This document shows positions 63,770-64,000 of a stretch of DNA of 64,000 bases, piece by piece. Source of the DNA: Felis catus (Eukaryota); NCBI RefSeq assembly GCF_018350175.1, contig NC_058368.1:133426001-133490000 (forward strand), written 5' to 3'. The notes below the pieces were generated by a model that worked only from the letters and a program-made list of their open reading frames with translations, was not told where the DNA came from and ran no database searches. Each line of letters begins with the position of its first letter. The stretch's first letter is position 1. Position numbers and translations under genes: made by a program.

Positions 63770-64000
63770 TTTAAAATTGCTGCCCCTTCCCCCTTCTCAA
63801 CCCCATTTACCTCTATTTTTTAAAATTACTGTTGACGTGGTGGTTTTCATCACCTATCAAATTATATAACTTACTGTATTGGTTTATTACCTTCCTCCCT
63901 TCCTGGAATATAAATTCTGGGAGAGCAGGGGTCTTTGTCTTGGTTTTCTCCTAACATCTCCCGATCATGTGAACGACGCATGGCACATGGTGGAAACTCT

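Larger units (their letters stand above)
61620..64000 (+). mobile_element. Long L2 3' portion interrupted by L1 and SINE insertions
   Basis: CTTGTCAAGGTTGTCAGT.ACC, AATGTTGGAGTACCCCAG, CATATCCACCTGCCT, AGCAGCCAGAGTGAGCCTTT, GGCACATGGTGG. Confidence 0.88.

Overview
Mammalian genomic DNA from a felid (cat family), judged from about 38 tRNA-derived carnivore SINEs, several of them near-consensus SINEC_Fc copies with clean target-site duplications (TSDs). I recognise no protein-coding exon. The ORF track is explained by SINE, L1, L2, LTR and microsatellite sequence or by chance. The window looks like the interior of a long intron, probably of a + strand gene: all five MLT LTRs and most L1 fragments are antisense. 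The host gene cannot be identified from sequence alone. The clearest non-transposon feature is a full-length processed U1 snRNA pseudogene (9314-9477) with a poly(A) tail and TSD. Other content: ancient L1M, L2, MIR, CR1/L3, MLT and MER5 fragments, nested insertions, short tandem duplications (73 bp and 35 bp), Z-DNA, G4 and cruciform-prone repeats, and a few weak splice-site candidates. I found no evidence of a new biological system. Repeat subfamilies were assigned by eye from remembered consensus sequences, and boundaries of old elements are approximate.
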